A stretch of DNA of 64,000 nt from Gammaproteobacteria bacterium (GTDB taxonomy: Bacteria > Pseudomonadota > Gammaproteobacteria > UBA4575), in NCBI GenBank assembly GCA_965221955.1, contig CBDCTA010000028.1, positions 32,001-96,000 on the forward strand, read 5' to 3'. The notes beneath the pieces were generated by a model. It searched no databases and was not told where the DNA came from. It worked only from the letters and a program-made list of their open reading frames with translations. Positions 1-8,597 of this stretch are shown here, piece after piece. Within the stretch, counting starts at the first letter, position 1. Each line of letters starts with the position of its first letter. The position numbers were made by a program, and so were the translations under genes.

Positions 1-360
1 ACCCCAAGTAGGTTTACCCCATAACATTCCAGTAATCAGCGCTAGTGCTGTGAACACAGCACCAATTACTGCACATTCAGACACTACAATTTCGGAAATC
101 TTTGTTTTCCATACCAATGCTACAAATCCTGCAACTGCCATCACCATATATACAAACATCGACATCCACGCTGCTGGCACATGAATGAAAATGATTCGAT
201 AGGATTCACCTTGTTGATAATCCGTAGGTGCAACGACTAAGCCCCAATACAAGCCAATTGCCATTAGTATGAGCGTTATACCGCCTAACCACGGTAGCCA
301 TTTACCCGACCACTCGTAGTAATATTTTGGTGAAGACAATTTATGAAACCAAGCCCACAT
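1..360 (-). CDS. ccmC: heme ABC transporter permease CcmC (5' part; runs off window)
   Basis: Manual translation from ATG at 360: MWAWFHKLSSPKYYYEWSGKWLPW...APTDYQQGESYRIIFIHVPAAWMS; follows ccmB. Confidence 0.93.
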   Translation of the reverse strand, partial: MWAWFHKLSSPKYYYEWSGKWLPWLGGITLILMAIGLYWGLVVAPTDYQQGESYRIIFIHVPAAWMSMFVYMVMAVAGFVALVWKTKISEIVVSECAVIGAVFTALALITGMLWGKPTWG

Positions 361-372
361 TTATAACTTTCT

Positions 373-1041
373 CTAGTTCATACTAATTTTTAGTGAAGCA
401 CCGATCGCTAGTGGTGCCAATATCAATGCCAGAATCAATCCAGCACCAAGCATTGCTAAGTGCCCAGAAGATGACATGCCTTCAATAGCTGTACTGACTG
501 CAGCAGAAGCAAAAATCAACACCGGGATATACAATGGCAATACCAGCAAGCCTAATAGTACACCACCGCCACGCAAGCCTGCGGTTAATGCCACACCAAT
601 TGCACCAATTAAGCTGAGTATCGGCGTCCCGATTAATACTGTTAACAATAATGTGGGTATTGCCTGCTGAGGTATATATAAGAGTAAGGCCATTAAAGGC
701 ACTATGATCAACATTGGCAAACCTGTAATCAACCAGTGCGCAATGACTTTGCCTAAAATTAATAACGTCGGAGGATGTTGGCTTAAAAACAATTGCTCAA
801 CACTACCGTCATCAAAGTCTTGCCTAAAAATACTTTCCATCGAAATTAATGCTGCAAGCAACGCAGTAACCCAAACTACACCTGGTGCTAACTGACTTAG
901 AAAGTCCTTATCAGGACTCACTCCTAATGGAAACAAAGTTACTACAATCACATAAAATAGAATTGGATTCATTAATTCCGCACGTCGGCGAAATGCGACT
1001 AATAAATCGCGACGTATAATTGTGATAAGTGCATTTAACAT
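373..1041 (-). CDS. ccmB: heme exporter protein CcmB
   Basis: RRDLLVAFRR, FRQDFDDGSVEQL, LLVLPLYIPVLIF motifs; between ccmA and ccmC; ATG at 1041. Confidence 0.95.
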   Translation of the reverse strand: MLNALITIIRRDLLVAFRRRAELMNPILFYVIVVTLFPLGVSPDKDFLSQLAPGVVWVTALLAALISMESIFRQDFDDGSVEQLFLSQHPPTLLILGKVIAHWLITGLPMLIIVPLMALLLYIPQQAIPTLLLTVLIGTPILSLIGAIGVALTAGLRGGGVLLGLLVLPLYIPVLIFASAAVSTAIEGMSSSGHLAMLGAGLILALILAPLAIGASLKISMN

Positions 1042-1051
1042 CAATTTATAT

Positions 1052-1687
1052 TCAACTAGACAGGTTAATACATTTCATTTTCTGCGAAGGAAGCACTAGT
1101 TCACGATGCGTGGTTACAATTAACATACCGTTATTTTCTAAATGCTTTTTCAACACATTTTCAAACTCAGTAACAAATTCTTTATCTAATGCAGTAAGTG
1201 GCTCATCTAAAACCCAAAGAATCCTTTCCTCTAGTTGCAAACGAGCTAATGCTACGCGGCGTTTTTGTCCTGCAGAAAGTTTACGTGTAAGCACGTTGCG
1301 TTGCTTAAACAATCCTACCGAACGAATAATGTCTTTAATTTCGCTCTCTTCTCTATTCGAACCTACTAAACGCTGTGCAAATACAAGGTTTTCCAATACG
1401 GTTAGATCCAATTTGACACCTGAAGCGTGTCCAATATATGAAATCTGCTGTTGATAATCTTCATGACCATCAATTGATTCACCACACCAGCTTATTTCGC
1501 CTTCAGTTGGATAATTAAATCCACATAAAATTCTAAGCAGACTGGTTTTACCGCTACCATTGCTGCCTTCAACAACTAAAGCTTCACCAGATTGAATTTC
1601 GAAATGAATTTTAGAGAATAGTTCAGTACTACCCTTCACACATTTAAGGTCATGTGCTTTGAGTACGCTTACCTCCTGTGTGCGCAT
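1052..1687 (-). CDS. ccmA: cytochrome c biogenesis ABC ATPase CcmA
   Basis: Walker A GSNGSGKT, signature LSAGQKRRVALARL, LWVLDEP. Confidence 0.95.
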   Translation of the reverse strand: MRTQEVSVLKAHDLKCVKGSTELFSKIHFEIQSGEALVVEGSNGSGKTSLLRILCGFNYPTEGEISWCGESIDGHEDYQQQISYIGHASGVKLDLTVLENLVFAQRLVGSNREESEIKDIIRSVGLFKQRNVLTRKLSAGQKRRVALARLQLEERILWVLDEPLTALDKEFVTEFENVLKKHLENNGMLIVTTHRELVLPSQKMKCINLSS

Positions 1688-1914
1688 AGCATTCTAATAA
1701 TTAAAGAAAAATATAGGTTAAGATGGGTAACTCATTAATTACATAGGGATCTTAACACGTGGTGGCGTAGAAGCGACGAATGATGCTCTAACGCCGATAG
1801 CAGGTGGGACCCAATCTTTATAAAGACTAGCAAATCGCGGTTCCAGCCACCCATCACAATGAGTAGAATGTCGTGCTTTTTAACCATCTGTCATAAGCCC
1901 ATCTAGAACCTCAA

Positions 1915-4900
1915 ATGAGCATTTTTAATCCCCCACTGCCTGGAAACGAGCATAGTCATGTTACTTGGGGACGCACCTATGGCTGCAGCAAAGGATTAGC
2001 CTTAGCGAAAGCTGTAGAGCAATTCAACGGGCTGACGTTAATCATTACACCCGATATTCAGACTGCTCATAGCTTAGAAAGTGAATTGAAGTTCTTTTGT
2101 ATCCAGGGCATCAATATTTATTTATTCCCTGATTTGGAAACCCTTCCATACGATGTTTTCTCCCCACATGAAGATATCATTTCTGATCGCATTTTAGCCT
2201 TAAGCGCTTTACCCAAAACTCAGCAAGGTGCATTAATCATTTCCGCAGGGACAATTTTATCCAAGCTGGCTTCAAAAGATTTTATTTTAGGACAGACATT
2301 AAACTTAAAAATTAATGATCAATTACATTTAGAAAACTTCAAACATACACTTACTAAGGCAGGTTACCAATACGTGTCGCAAGTCGTCACACATGGCGAG
2401 TTTGCCGTTCGAGGTTCCATCATCGACTTATTTCCTATGGGATCAAATCATCCCTATCGAATTGATTTATTCGATGATGAGATTGAAACCATTCGAATCT
2501 TTAATCCAGAAACTCAAGTTTCTACAGATAAGGTAGGTACATTACAAGTTCTACCTGCACGTGAATTTCCAACAGACGAAAATGCAATTAAACGTTTTCG
2601 ACAAAACTATCGCATTCAATTTGAAGGCGACCCAAATAAGAGTGTAATCTATCGTGGTGTCAGCAATAATAATTTGCCTGCTGGAATTGAATATTACTTA
2701 CCTTTATTTTGCGAAGAAACCAGCACATTTTTTGATTTTATTCCAGAAAACAGCCAGCTGGTTTTGATTGAAGACATCGTTGATATTGCTATGGATTTTG
2801 AAAACGATGTGTTTTATCGCTACGAACAACGCAAATACGATTTAGAACGCCCACCATTGCATCCTAAGCAAGTATGGATATCAACTGATTTTTTTGAAAA
2901 GAATTTATTTAAATTCAACACCATTAAGTTACAACAATATGAATTAGAACATTTACATCGTGATCAATATAACTTTGATGCACAAGCACTCCCTACTCTT
3001 ACTATTAACTCACGCATCAAAGATCCTGCAAGTGAATTAATTCGTTTTATTGAATCCGGTACAAAGAAAATATTGTTTTTAGCTGAATCTGCTGGTCGTC
3101 GTGAATATATTCTAGATGTACTTAAAGGATTTAAAATTATCCCTACTGTTGTGGACTCATGGCCAGAGTTTTTATCTTCAGAACTTTCTTTAGCCATCAC
3201 ATTAGGGCCTTTAGATGATGGGTTGCTACTACAACAAGAAAATATTGCCATTATTACTGAAAGCAATTTATTTGGTGCAAAGGCAAAACAGAAACGCAAA
3301 CGACGTCGACAGATCCGCGATGCAGAATCTCTAATTAAGAACCTTTCAGATTTAAGCGAAGGTTCACCAGTAGTACATGAAGATCATGGTGTAGGAAGAT
3401 ATAAAGGCTTAAAAACGCTTAGCCTGAGTGGTACCGATACTGAGTTTCTCATTCTTGAATATGCGGAAGGCGATATTCTATATGTACCGGTTTCATCTTT
3501 GCACTTGGTCAGTCGATATAGCGGTGCCTCTGAAGAAAATGCGCCTTTACATCATTTGGGTGGCGATGCATGGAAAAATATTAAACGTCGTGCCGCAAAA
3601 CGAGCTCAAGATGTCGCGGCAGAATTATTAGACATTTATTCCAGACGTGAAGCCAAACAAGGTTTCCAATATAAAATCGATGTGATTGAGTTCAACGCTT
3701 TTTGCAATTCCTTCCCCTATGAAGAAACCCCCGATCAACTAAAAGCTATTGAGGATGTCATTTCAGACATGGAGTCGAAACGCCCCATGGATAGAGTTGT
3801 CTGCGGTGACGTAGGCTTTGGCAAAACTGAAGTGGCGATGCGCGCTGCATTTATAGCGGCAAATGCAGGAAAACAAGTTGCAGTATTGGTTCCAACCACT
3901 CTTCTAAGCTCACAACACTTTCAAAATTTCAGTGATCGATTCGCAGACTTGGCAATTGAAATAGAAACTCTATCAAGATTTGTTCCTGCCAAAAAACAAA
4001 AACAAGTACTAACCGGACTTGAAGACGGCCAAGTTGATATTGTGATTGGCACCCATAAACTATTTAACTCAGCAATTAAGTTTAAAAACTTAGGCCTTGT
4101 AATTGTTGATGAAGAGCAACGCTTTGGTGTTCGTCAAAAAGAAATACTTAAAAAAATGCGTACTGAAGTCGATATTCTCACATTAACTGCAACTCCAATT
4201 CCAAGAACTTTGAACATGTCTTTAAGTGGCTTACGTGATTTATCTATCATCGCTACACCACCTAATTTGCGCCTTGCAATAAAAACGTTCGTTGGTACAT
4301 GGAACGATGGCATGATTCAAGAAGCTTGTATGCGCGAAATGAAGCGTGGTGGTCAAGTATTCTTTTTACACAATGAAGTAAAAACCATCGAAAAAGCTGC
4401 CAAAGATATCCAGCAGTTACTTCCTGACAGCGCTATTCGTATTGCTCATGGCCAAATGCCAGAAAAAGAATTAGAACAAGTAATGTTAGATTTTTACCAT
4501 CAACGATTTAGCATTTTAGTTTGCACAACGATTATCGAAAACGGAATTGATATACCCACTGCAAACACCATTATTATTAACCGTGCTGATAAACTTGGAC
4601 TTTCACAGTTACATCAAATACGCGGTCGTGTAGGCCGATCACACCACCGTGCCTATGCTTATTTAATTGCCCCACCACGTCCAGCGATGACAGCTGATGC
4701 GGTTAAACGTTTAGAAGCGATTGAATCATTAGAAGACCTAGGTGTTGGCTTTACTCTTGCCACCCATGACCTTGAAATTCGAGGTGCCGGTGAATTATTA
4801 GGTGCTGAACAAAGTGGTCAAATCCATGAAGTAGGTTTTACATTGTATAACGAATTATTGGGTCGGGCAGTAGAAGCGTTAAAAGCAGGCGAAATACCAG

Positions 4901-5370
4901 ATTTGGATCAACCGATGGATCAAGGCATTGAAGTTAATCTAGGTGTGCCTGCGCTCATCCCGGATGATTATTTACCTGACATACATGGAAGGTTAGTCAT
5001 GTATAAACGCATTGCTAGCGCAAAAACCAGCGATGATTTAGATGATCTCGAAATCGAATTAATTGATCGTTACGGATTATTACCTGAATTTGCTAAAAAT
5101 TTATTCTTAGTCACCCATCTAAAACTGCTTGCAAGTAGCTTTGGTGTATCACGAATTGAAATGAGCCATGAAACAGCGCGCATTCATTTTGGCAAGTCGC
5201 CAAATATCGATACTACGAAGATATTAGAGCTTATTCTTGAGCAACCTGATACTTATAAGCTTGATGGCTCCGAAAAGCTCACGGTTTATACAGAAACTGA
5301 AAATATTGGGGAACGAATTGACACCATCGTGAATCTATTAAATGATCTACAATTAAAACAAGCTGCTTAA
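1915..5370 (+). CDS. mfd: transcription-repair coupling factor
   Basis: 1151 aa; CGDVGFGKTEVA, DEEQRFG, TATPIPRT, QIRGRVGRS, HDLEIRGAGELLG. Confidence 0.98.
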   Translation: MSIFNPPLPGNEHSHVTWGRTYGCSKGLALAKAVEQFNGLTLIITPDIQTAHSLESELKFFCIQGINIYLFPDLETLPYDVFSPHEDIISDRILALSALPKTQQGALIISAGTILSKLASKDFILGQTLNLKINDQLHLENFKHTLTKAGYQYVSQVVTHGEFAVRGSIIDLFPMGSNHPYRIDLFDDEIETIRIFNPETQVSTDKVGTLQVLPAREFPTDENAIKRFRQNYRIQFEGDPNKSVIYRGVSNNNLPAGIEYYLPLFCEETSTFFDFIPENSQLVLIEDIVDIAMDFENDVFYRYEQRKYDLERPPLHPKQVWISTDFFEKNLFKFNTIKLQQYELEHLHRDQYNFDAQALPTLTINSRIKDPASELIRFIESGTKKILFLAESAGRREYILDVLKGFKIIPTVVDSWPEFLSSELSLAITLGPLDDGLLLQQENIAIITESNLFGAKAKQKRKRRRQIRDAESLIKNLSDLSEGSPVVHEDHGVGRYKGLKTLSLSGTDTEFLILEYAEGDILYVPVSSLHLVSRYSGASEENAPLHHLGGDAWKNIKRRAAKRAQDVAAELLDIYSRREAKQGFQYKIDVIEFNAFCNSFPYEETPDQLKAIEDVISDMESKRPMDRVVCGDVGFGKTEVAMRAAFIAANAGKQVAVLVPTTLLSSQHFQNFSDRFADLAIEIETLSRFVPAKKQKQVLTGLEDGQVDIVIGTHKLFNSAIKFKNLGLVIVDEEQRFGVRQKEILKKMRTEVDILTLTATPIPRTLNMSLSGLRDLSIIATPPNLRLAIKTFVGTWNDGMIQEACMREMKRGGQVFFLHNEVKTIEKAAKDIQQLLPDSAIRIAHGQMPEKELEQVMLDFYHQRFSILVCTTIIENGIDIPTANTIIINRADKLGLSQLHQIRGRVGRSHHRAYAYLIAPPRPAMTADAVKRLEAIESLEDLGVGFTLATHDLEIRGAGELLGAEQSGQIHEVGFTLYNELLGRAVEALKAGEIPDLDQPMDQGIEVNLGVPALIPDDYLPDIHGRLVMYKRIASAKTSDDLDDLEIELIDRYGLLPEFAKNLFLVTHLKLLASSFGVSRIEMSHETARIHFGKSPNIDTTKILELILEQPDTYKLDGSEKLTVYTETENIGERIDTIVNLLNDLQLKQAA

Positions 5371-5382
5371 ATCAATCATTAC

Positions 5383-6045
5383 ATGCCTTACTTTAATAAA
5401 ATCTTTCTACTCTCTGTTCTACTCGCCTTTTGCAACAATGCTTTCAGCAAGGACTATATCGTTGAAATGGTGTTTTTCGCGAATATGAAAAGCAATGCGG
5501 GTTCCGTACATGTATCCAACCAAGCCGTTATACCTGATCTGGGCGGTGCAATCACCTTAAATGAAGCTTCGCAATCGAAAGGCTTTATTCCCTTAAGTTC
5601 TGACACATTTCAGTTAAGCAATAAAGCTGCTGCACTGAATAAGTCTGGTAACTATCGTGTAATTAAACATATGTCCTGGCTACAACCCGGGCTAGCAAAA
5701 GAAGATGCCATTGCAGTGCGTGTACATGCTGGCAAAAATTACAAAGATGAATTTAAAGAGCGGTCTTTTGCACAAGCAAATTTTAGTGACCGACAAGTTC
5801 CAATCAATCACCCTGTCAATGAATTAGATGGCACGGTAAAAATCGTACTTGGACGTTTTCTACATTTATACACCGACTTAGCCTATCGAAAAACATTTAA
5901 TATCTCTTCAGGAGATGCCCTAGGTAGAAACCGCGTGCTTGCAGATTTTCCAGTTAAAACACATCGTAAAATGCGCAGCAAAACCCTACATTATATTGAC
6001 CATCCCTACCTTGGAATTCTAATTGAAATCCGCCCTGCTGGATGA
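5383..6045 (+). CDS. CsiV-family periplasmic peptidoglycan-binding protein
   Basis: Signal peptide, YIVEMVFF, WLQPG, ELDGTVKI, RKMRSKTLHYIDHPYLGILI; usual position after mfd. Confidence 0.8.
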   Translation: MPYFNKIFLLSVLLAFCNNAFSKDYIVEMVFFANMKSNAGSVHVSNQAVIPDLGGAITLNEASQSKGFIPLSSDTFQLSNKAAALNKSGNYRVIKHMSWLQPGLAKEDAIAVRVHAGKNYKDEFKERSFAQANFSDRQVPINHPVNELDGTVKIVLGRFLHLYTDLAYRKTFNISSGDALGRNRVLADFPVKTHRKMRSKTLHYIDHPYLGILIEIRPAG

Positions 6046-6052
6046 GTGAGTC

Positions 6053-6162
6053 CATGGATGTGAGCGCAGGACGACGTGCATGGATGCACTAGTGTCTCGG
6101 GAGACAGGATGTAGGGAGCGACCGCACGAATATGAGATCCATCAGGAATGATGCAACTGATT
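6053..6162 (+). repeat. left inverted repeat with nested CATGGATG-type hairpin insert
   Basis: 6127-6162 matches the reverse complement of 8598-8633 at 31/36 nt; TGTGAGCGCA also shared; nested hairpins GTGCATGGATGCAC and TGTCTCGGGAGACA. Confidence 0.75.
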
Positions 6163-6177
6163 AAAGATCTTTATTTA

Positions 6178-6209
6178 AAATGACCGCTTTCAGTCAATAG
6201 CAGTCATTT
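6178..6209 (+). repeat. 32-bp palindromic cassette-boundary site R1
   Basis: AAATGACCGCTTT-CAGTCA-ATAGCAGTCATTT. Confidence 0.85.
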
Positions 6210-6576
6210 ACGTTCTTGCTGACTGGGACCAATAATCGAGCTCGGCGATAATGTAATTAGCTACGGCTTCCTCAATTGAATTAAATTCAATTCGTTTTTC
6301 TGGATTCTCAAATAGCCAAATTTCATTGGATTCCGGAACCAGTACCCACCCACTAGATGTTCGTTTGTCCTCACAAAATTGAATCCAATCGTCAACATAT
6401 CTACTTTCTTTTCGTATCTCCTTGACAAGATCCTCTGGAACAACCATTTCTCGAAGGCTTTTGTAATGTGTTTGGTCGATTGCTTTTCGTAAAGATATGC
6501 CCTTACCACGAATCGACACATCTCGGCCAATCGAAAGAATATTTCTCAGATCCTCGCTTTGTGCTTTGGCTGGCAT
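6208..6576 (-). CDS. hypothetical protein (cassette ORF 1)
   Basis: 122-aa ORF; TAA stop overlaps R1. Confidence 0.7.
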   Translation of the reverse strand: MPAKAQSEDLRNILSIGRDVSIRGKGISLRKAIDQTHYKSLREMVVPEDLVKEIRKESRYVDDWIQFCEDKRTSSGWVLVPESNEIWLFENPEKRIEFNSIEEAVANYIIAELDYWSQSART

Positions 6577-6676
6577 GGCGTCTTACAATTAATTAAAGCG
6601 CATAAACTAAATTCTAATATGTTTTTAAGTGACAGAAATGTATTGCAATTGAAACCTTATATTTATACAGAATCTG

Positions 6677-6708
6677 CAACGTTCGCTTTGGGTCGAATGC
6701 AGTCGAAA
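6677..6708 (+). repeat. 32-bp site R2 (degenerate)
   Basis: CAACGTTCGCTTT-GGGTCG-AATGCAGTCGAAA. Confidence 0.7.
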
Positions 6709-6710
6709 TA

Positions 6711-7025
6711 TTATTTTGAATCATACATGGCATTATCATAAAGGTGGTGAAACATATCTTCTGTCAACTCAGGACAAATCCCTAGAATTGCTTTCATAAA
6801 ATCATCCTTCTCTATCTCCTTGCCCCAACGCTTAAATGATAACTCCCATAAGGCTTCATTCATTTTTACCCCTACTTTTATTGCTTCATCAATTTCTGTA
6901 GCGGAATAATTTGAATAATTTTGAAGTAGTATTGCTTTGGCTTCATCAAGCTTTCCTCTACGACTCAACCAACATGCATCAATATGAATGTTATTAAAAC
7001 TATTGTCGTATCCAAGTCCACTCAT
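6711..7025 (-). CDS. hypothetical protein (cassette ORF 2)
   Basis: 104-aa ORF filling the R2-R3 interval. Confidence 0.7.
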   Translation of the reverse strand: MSGLGYDNSFNNIHIDACWLSRRGKLDEAKAILLQNYSNYSATEIDEAIKVGVKMNEALWELSFKRWGKEIEKDDFMKAILGICPELTEDMFHHLYDNAMYDSK

Positions 7026-7035
7026 ATCTTCAACT

Positions 7036-7067
7036 TTATGTACGCTTTGGGTCGTTAGTGATCATTT
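7036..7067 (+). repeat. 32-bp site R3
   Basis: TTATGTACGCTTT-GGGTCG-TTAGTGATCATTT. Confidence 0.8.
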
Positions 7068-7375
7068 ATCCTTATCTTTGAGGACATAATTAGAATTAAA
7101 CCTACGATTAGGCTAATGATAAAAATTATAAGTGAGAAGGGTCTTTCTAACACCCAAAAAATTAATCTTTGCAACTCTTGCCAATCCATATCAAGTAATT
7201 TTGTGAAGTCAATATTTAATTTTTGGAGAACTTCATAAAACCGCAATGAAAACCACTCCCCATACTTAATCCAAAAATAACCTTGGTAAGCTAGAATCAC
7301 TAAAGTTGCGAAGAAGCCTGCACTAATAATAAATATTCCAGCATCACTTATTTTTTCCGATTGTTTAGTTCTCAT
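7055..7375 (-). CDS. hypothetical two-TM membrane protein (cassette ORF 3)
   Basis: 106 aa, two hydrophobic segments; stop lies inside R3. Confidence 0.7.
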   Translation of the reverse strand: MRTKQSEKISDAGIFIISAGFFATLVILAYQGYFWIKYGEWFSLRFYEVLQKLNIDFTKLLDMDWQELQRLIFWVLERPFSLIIFIISLIVGLILIMSSKIRINDH

Positions 7376-7464
7376 GTTAATGCAATTAAAATATTAGAAT
7401 CTTTTTCCCAGTATTGTTTATTTATCGTTTTGTTCAGCTTGAATGATCAGATTAGCCTAACGTT

Positions 7465-7496
7465 AAATGTCCGATTAGGGTCGATAGCGGTCATTT
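7465..7496 (+). repeat. 32-bp site R4
   Basis: AAATGTCCGATTA-GGGTCG-ATAGCGGTCATTT. Confidence 0.85.
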
Positions 7497-7797
7497 ATTG
7501 ATATGTGAAATATTCAAACTCTCGATCTCTCGCAAATTGGGTTTTGCATAATTCATAACCCTTGTCCCATGCAGACGTGTACAAATCATCTTTTAAATAC
7601 GCCTCGCTTCGTTTAAAGGTTGACATAAAATTGCCTGCAACCTCCCAGCCACTGTTGCAACCATCTGTATAGCCTTGCTTATATGCCAATGGTGTATTCT
7701 CAGGTAGTGTATTTCTGTATTCATCATAGGCACCATAGGGGTCATTAGCACAAGAAATAATCATAACGATTAATATTGTGATAATTATATGTTTCAT
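7495..7797 (-). CDS. hypothetical lipoprotein (cassette ORF 4)
   Basis: MKHIIITILIVMIISC lipobox-like leader; TAA overlaps R4. Confidence 0.75.
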   Translation of the reverse strand: MKHIIITILIVMIISCANDPYGAYDEYRNTLPENTPLAYKQGYTDGCNSGWEVAGNFMSTFKRSEAYLKDDLYTSAWDKGYELCKTQFARDREFEYFTYQ

Positions 7798-7821
7798 ATA
7801 AATAAATGATATTCAGTTTGT

Positions 7822-7853
7822 AAGTGTCCACTTTCGGTCAATAACGGACATTC
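7822..7853 (+). repeat. 32-bp site R5
   Basis: AAGTGTCCACTTT-CGGTCA-ATAACGGACATTC. Confidence 0.8.
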
Positions 7854-7880
7854 GTTATTTAAATTTTTATTCTCAATTAT

Positions 7881-7918
7881 TGCATCATCTTGGTGCTCAG
7901 ATGCAACATGATAGTGCA
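7881..7918. promoter_or_regulatory. tandem NtrC-type binding sites
   Basis: TGCATCATCTTGGTGCT (7881-7897) and TGCAACATGATAGTGCA (7902-7918) versus consensus TGCACCA-N3-TGGTGCA. Confidence 0.75.
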
Positions 7919-7992
7919 GCTTCAATTGCGCACTAGCTAAAGTCTTTACCTTTTCAATTATAAGTATCTAATAACATTGAAATAGTAGGTAC

Positions 7993-8008
7993 TGGCATAA
8001 CTTGTGCA
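7993..8008 (+). promoter_or_regulatory. sigma54 promoter of cynS
   Basis: TGGCATAACTTGTGCA = GG-N10-GC; RBS GGAGG at 8031-8035. Confidence 0.75.
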
Positions 8009-8042
8009 TTGAATTGTTGTTATTTGTTATGGAGGAAATGAA

Positions 8043-8528
8043 ATGAACGAAATAATGACAGAACCAGTATGTGTGGTAAATAAAGCCATGTCCAAAGAAG
8101 AAATGACCGATTTAATCATTTCTGCAAAAAAAACAAAGGGGCTTTCATGGAAATCTATAGCAAACGAATTGAATGTTGGAGAGGCTTGGATTGCCTCAGC
8201 CTGCCTTGGAATGAATAGTACATCAGAGGTAATTGCAAATAAACTTTGCGATCTCCTCGAATTAGACGACAGAGTATGCACCCTGCTACAAGAGTACCCT
8301 CATAAAGAATGGGCTAAAGCAATCCCTCAAGACCCAGTTATCTATCGACTTTATGAAATTGTCGGAGTATATGGTGACACTATTAAAGAAATCATTGCTG
8401 AAAAATTTGGCGATGGAATTATGAGTGCTATTGATTTTTCAATGGACATCGACAAAGAGGAAAATCCAAAAGGCGATCGTGTTGTGATTACACTTAATGG
8501 TAAATTTTTAAAATATACATCGTGGTGA
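8043..8528 (+). CDS. cynS: cyanate hydratase (cyanase)
   Basis: DPVIYRLYE, EKFGDGIMSAIDF, GDRVVITLNGKFLKY motifs. Confidence 0.96.
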   Translation: MNEIMTEPVCVVNKAMSKEEMTDLIISAKKTKGLSWKSIANELNVGEAWIASACLGMNSTSEVIANKLCDLLELDDRVCTLLQEYPHKEWAKAIPQDPVIYRLYEIVGVYGDTIKEIIAEKFGDGIMSAIDFSMDIDKEENPKGDRVVITLNGKFLKYTSW

Positions 8529-8552
8529 TTATTGGACTAGATGAATAATTAC

Positions 8553-8584
8553 AAATGTCCGCTTACGACTCAAAGCGGACATTT
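8553..8584 (-). repeat. 32-bp site R6 (inverted relative to R1-R5)
   Basis: Reverse complement AAATGTCCGCTTT-GAGTCG-TAAGCGGACATTT. Confidence 0.85.
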
Positions 8585-8597
8585 TAATTAAAAATAG

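Noticed and set aside
7455-7468. GCCTAAC/GTTAAAT resembling integron attC R boxes
   Set aside because: Present beside only one site, with no 55-140 bp attC stem and no intI in the window.
6178-7853. R1-R5 as simple intrinsic terminators
   Set aside because: Several stems are mismatched while the loop core stays conserved and oriented, the U tracts are short, and R5 has no gene ending at it.
6178-8584. CRISPR array interpretation of the 32-bp repeats
   Set aside because: Spacers are 325-700 bp and contain whole genes, the repeats are divergent, one is inverted, and there are no cas genes.
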